64,000 nt of DNA from an uncultured delta proteobacterium (GTDB lineage: Bacteria; Desulfobacterota; Binatia; UBA9968): NCBI GenBank assembly GCA_963771465.1, contig CAVYTU010000006.1, positions 134,588 to 198,587 on the forward strand. The letters run 5' to 3'. Below the pieces are notes generated by a model. The model made no database searches, was not told where the DNA came from, and worked only from the letters and a program-made list of their open reading frames with translations. Both the position numbers and the translations under genes were made by a program. The first letter of the stretch is position 1. Each line of letters opens with the position of its first letter. Positions 61,148 to 64,000 of the stretch are shown here, piece by piece.

Positions 61148-62851
61148 ATGGATCATCTCTCTACAGAGGTTCTCATCGTCGGTGCCGGCGGCGCCGGTAT
61201 GTATGCGGCGATTGCGGCGGCGCGGGGCGGCGCGTCGGTTCTGCTCCTCGACAAGAGCCAGGTCGGCCGCGGTGGCGCGACGATCATGGCGCAAATGACG
61301 GTGGCTGTTGCCTTGGGCGAGCAGGAACCGGATTCCATCCAACTTCATCTCCAAGACACTTTGAATGCCGGGCGCGGTCTTTGTAACGAAGAACTCTCAC
61401 TGCTGCTCTGTGAAGACGGGCCAACGCGCATTCGCGAAATGGAAAGCTGGGGCACGCGCTGGGCGCGCGAGGACAACCACATCAAACAGGAGATGGCGCC
61501 CGGCCACAGCGTCAAGCGCTGTTGTTACGTCGATTTTCTCAACACCGGTCCGGCGGTGGCCGCCACGCTCCGGCGCAAGATTGGCGAGATTTCTGCCATC
61601 CGCCGCATCAGCAACCTCGCTGTCGTCGAGATTCTCGTTGGCGACGGCAAAGCCGTCGGCGCGCTCGCGCTCAATCCCGTCGACGGACAACTTATTTCAA
61701 TTCAATCCAAGGCAGTGATTCTCGCCGCCGGCGGTTTGACCAAACTGTTCGCGCGCAACAGCGCGTCGGCGAACATGGGCGGCGAAGCTTACGCGCTGGC
61801 GCTCTGGGCCGGGGCGCAATTGATCGATATGGAATTTGTCCAGTTTTTTCCCATCGGTCATCTGGCGCCGCGCCTGGTCGGTATGGACCCGATCATGTGG
61901 GATCCATTTCGCTACAAGCTCGGCGGCAAGTTGCTCAATGGCAATTTCGACGAGTTCATCGACCGCTACGGCAGCACCGACTTCGGCAAGTACAACGCGA
62001 CCCGCGATGTCGCCGCCTACGCAATTCTAAAAGAAGTCGAAGCCGGCCGCGGCACGCCGCATGGCGGCGCCTATCTCGACTTTCGTCATATTGCCGAAGC
62101 GCAACTGCGCGGCGCCTTTGGTCCGGTGATCGATCGCCTGCTCGCCAACGGCATCGATCTGACCAAAACTCCCGTCGAAGTCGGACCGATGGCGCACTAT
62201 CATATGGGCGGCGTGCGCGTCGATGCCAACATGCACACGCGGATCGAAGGGCTTTACGGCGCCGGCGAAGCGGTCGGTGGTGCCAACGGCGCCAACCGAT
62301 TATCCGGCAACGCGATTACCGAAGCATTGGTGTTCGGCGAACGAGCGGGTTCGCGCGCCGCTGAATATTCGACAAAAATGACCGCGAAGTGGAACGACAC
62401 GATTGCGCGTGAAGCGATCGATCGCATAAGCCAAGCGCGCGTCCCACATTCAACCGACACGGCAACGCCGATTTCGCTGCAAGCCGAGCTCCAAAATCTC
62501 ATGTGGGAAATGGCGGGTCCATTTCGTACGGGCGAGAAACTTAGCGCAGCGCTCTGGCGCATCGGGCAAATGCAGCAGCAGTTGCCGCGGCTTCGCATCG
62601 GTGGTGAAAAGCACTTCAACCTCGACCTGCAAGATTGGTTCGAGCTCCGCGCGATGCTGACGACGGCGCAAGCGATCGTGCAGTCGGCATTGGCGCGGAC
62701 AGAAAGCCGCGGCGCGCACCAGCGCGAAGATTTTTCCGCGCCGGACAATGCTCTGCTCAAAAACCAAGTATTGGAATTGCAGGACGGTGCGCTCGCGACA
62801 ACTTGGATCGATCCGGTTCGTCTGCAAAAGAATAATTTTCAACATGACTGA
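61148..62851 (+). CDS. SdhA/FrdA/NadB-family FAD-binding flavoprotein (non-canonical)
   Basis: GAGGAG, DMEFVQF.P, TRDV, HYHMGG, GANRLSGN, ESRGAH.R.DF. Confidence 0.85.
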   Translation: MDHLSTEVLIVGAGGAGMYAAIAAARGGASVLLLDKSQVGRGGATIMAQMTVAVALGEQEPDSIQLHLQDTLNAGRGLCNEELSLLLCEDGPTRIREMESWGTRWAREDNHIKQEMAPGHSVKRCCYVDFLNTGPAVAATLRRKIGEISAIRRISNLAVVEILVGDGKAVGALALNPVDGQLISIQSKAVILAAGGLTKLFARNSASANMGGEAYALALWAGAQLIDMEFVQFFPIGHLAPRLVGMDPIMWDPFRYKLGGKLLNGNFDEFIDRYGSTDFGKYNATRDVAAYAILKEVEAGRGTPHGGAYLDFRHIAEAQLRGAFGPVIDRLLANGIDLTKTPVEVGPMAHYHMGGVRVDANMHTRIEGLYGAGEAVGGANGANRLSGNAITEALVFGERAGSRAAEYSTKMTAKWNDTIAREAIDRISQARVPHSTDTATPISLQAELQNLMWEMAGPFRTGEKLSAALWRIGQMQQQLPRLRIGGEKHFNLDLQDWFELRAMLTTAQAIVQSALARTESRGAHQREDFSAPDNALLKNQVLELQDGALATTWIDPVRLQKNNFQHD

Positions 62852-63185
62852 ATTACCAACCAGGACTGCGACCTTGCGTGTCCGTCGCGGCGCGCCAGGA
62901 GAAGCGGCGCATTACGACGGCTTCGCGGTGCCCTACGAAGACGGCATGTCCGTGCTCGATGCGCTGCGCTGGATTCGCATTCATTTAGACAGCACGCTGG
63001 CGATCCGCTACAGCTGCATCAACGCGAACGCTTGTAAGACCTGTATGGCGCTGGTCAACGGCGAGGTGGAGTACACCTGCATCGCGAAATTGTCGCCGGA
63101 TGTGACGACGGTCGAGCCGCTAGCCAAGCGGCCGCTGATTCGCGATCTGGTGACGGACATCCTGCCGGAGGACGAGAAGTTTTGA
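62844..63185 (+). CDS. 2Fe-2S protein homologous to the N-terminal domain of SdhB
   Basis: SVLDAL..I..D.TLA.RYSC....CKTC...VNG....TC, EPL...P.IRDLV.D, then stop. Confidence 0.85.
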   Translation: MTELPTRTATLRVRRGAPGEAAHYDGFAVPYEDGMSVLDALRWIRIHLDSTLAIRYSCINANACKTCMALVNGEVEYTCIAKLSPDVTTVEPLAKRPLIRDLVTDILPEDEKF

Positions 63186-63216
63186 CCGTGCGAAATGGGG
63201 AACTGGTTAATACAAT

Positions 63217-63570
63217 ATGGCTGAACTTAACCTAAAGCATTTTCTGTTTCAGGTCGTTATCTGGTTAGTCGTTGCGGTTGGCGTGCTAAGCATCGAAGGT
63301 CCGTTTAACCTACCACGGGTGCTGTTAGGCTCGCTGCTTTTGACTCTCTTCCTTGGCTTCGTCGCTTTTAGGTTATTTTGGTGTTTCGACCGAGAACAAA
63401 GGTTCATTGCGATCGGAGTGACATTATCATCCTCGGTCGTTCTACTCTTGTTGACCGTAAAGTTTTATTGGTTCGACATCGAGCTAAAAGCGTTACATTT
63501 CATCGGCATCTTTCTCCTTCCTTTGGTCGTGAGCGCGTTGACCAATGGTTGGCAGAAAATCAAAAAATAA
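63217..63570 (+). CDS. Small hypothetical membrane protein (about 4 TM helices)
   Basis: Four hydrophobic segments; DNA is more AT-rich than the neighbours. Confidence 0.55.
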   Translation: MAELNLKHFLFQVVIWLVVAVGVLSIEGPFNLPRVLLGSLLLTLFLGFVAFRLFWCFDREQRFIAIGVTLSSSVVLLLLTVKFYWFDIELKALHFIGIFLLPLVVSALTNGWQKIKK

Positions 63571-63650
63571 CCTGTCGAATATTCCAGGGGTCATGACGGA
63601 GAGTTTTGGCAAACCCGTATCACCGCGCGATAATTGTTTCGACGCGGCAG

Positions 63651-64000
63651 CTACTGCATGCCCATCAAGCGGGCAGGATTGAGCGAGGCGACTTGGTTTA
63701 CTTCGCTGCTGCTCAGGCCGCCTTCGTGCAGCATGCCTAAATACATTCTAAATAACTCGGCGGGATTCGGACTATACGGCCGGAAGTAGTCGGTGCTGGC
63801 GATGATTTGCCGGAGACCGACTTGGCGGAACTGGGCAACTAGCTCCGGTGAGTCCATGCGGCCAGGCGCCACCGCATTCCAGCACGCTTCGAGAAAGGCA
63901 CCCATCTCGGCGGCGCGCTTCATCGCATCGACGGGCATAGCGATGATGTGGCTTTGCACGTGATTGACAACGACGCGATGGGCGTAGGCCATATCGCGCG
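63651..64000 (-). CDS. Amidohydrolase-fold (DUF6282-like) protein, C-terminal part
   Basis: VVVNH, GAFLE, IIASTD, NPARLMG C-terminus; the 5' end lies outside the window. Confidence 0.55.
   Translation of the reverse strand, partial: RDMAYAHRVVVNHVQSHIIAMPVDAMKRAAEMGAFLEACWNAVAPGRMDSPELVAQFRQVGLRQIIASTDYFRPYSPNPAELFRMYLGMLHEGGLSSSEVNQVASLNPARLMGMQ

Noticed and set aside
63183-63216. Selenocysteine or readthrough extension of the 2Fe-2S protein at its TGA
   Set aside because: The downstream sequence shows no 4Fe-4S ferredoxin motifs and no evident SECIS.

Overview
This is a GC-rich bacterial window. Its gene content and order resemble Deltaproteobacteria-like lineages such as Ca. Binatia; that is an inference I could not verify. 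The left ~43 kb is accessory and catabolic: about ten solute-binding-protein genes with only one permease and one ATPase, several hydrolases, a MEDS plus PAS hybrid kinase pair, a cupin/isochorismatase/AMDase-fold cluster, LLM and OCD oxidoreductases, and exported methyltransferase-fold proteins. The right ~21 kb is a housekeeping run (tilS-ftsH-folP-cdaA-cdaR-glmM-pdxJ-nnr-tsaE-lysC-cimA-cysE-mnmA-mtaB-rnc) followed by an atypical SdhA-like flavoprotein and a 2Fe-2S protein. The most striking unexplained signal is a family of ~75-100 bp intergenic hairpins. Their arms are short tandem repeats with a different 6-, 7- or 9-nt unit from copy to copy, yet the loops share a TCGGA(A)T/TCCGA core. 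They occupy seven gene junctions of the housekeeping run. A MITE-like element, REP-like elements and a probable RAYT remnant also occur. Three +1 frameshifts, one in mnmA, are probably sequencing errors. No rRNA, tRNA or CRISPR array was seen.
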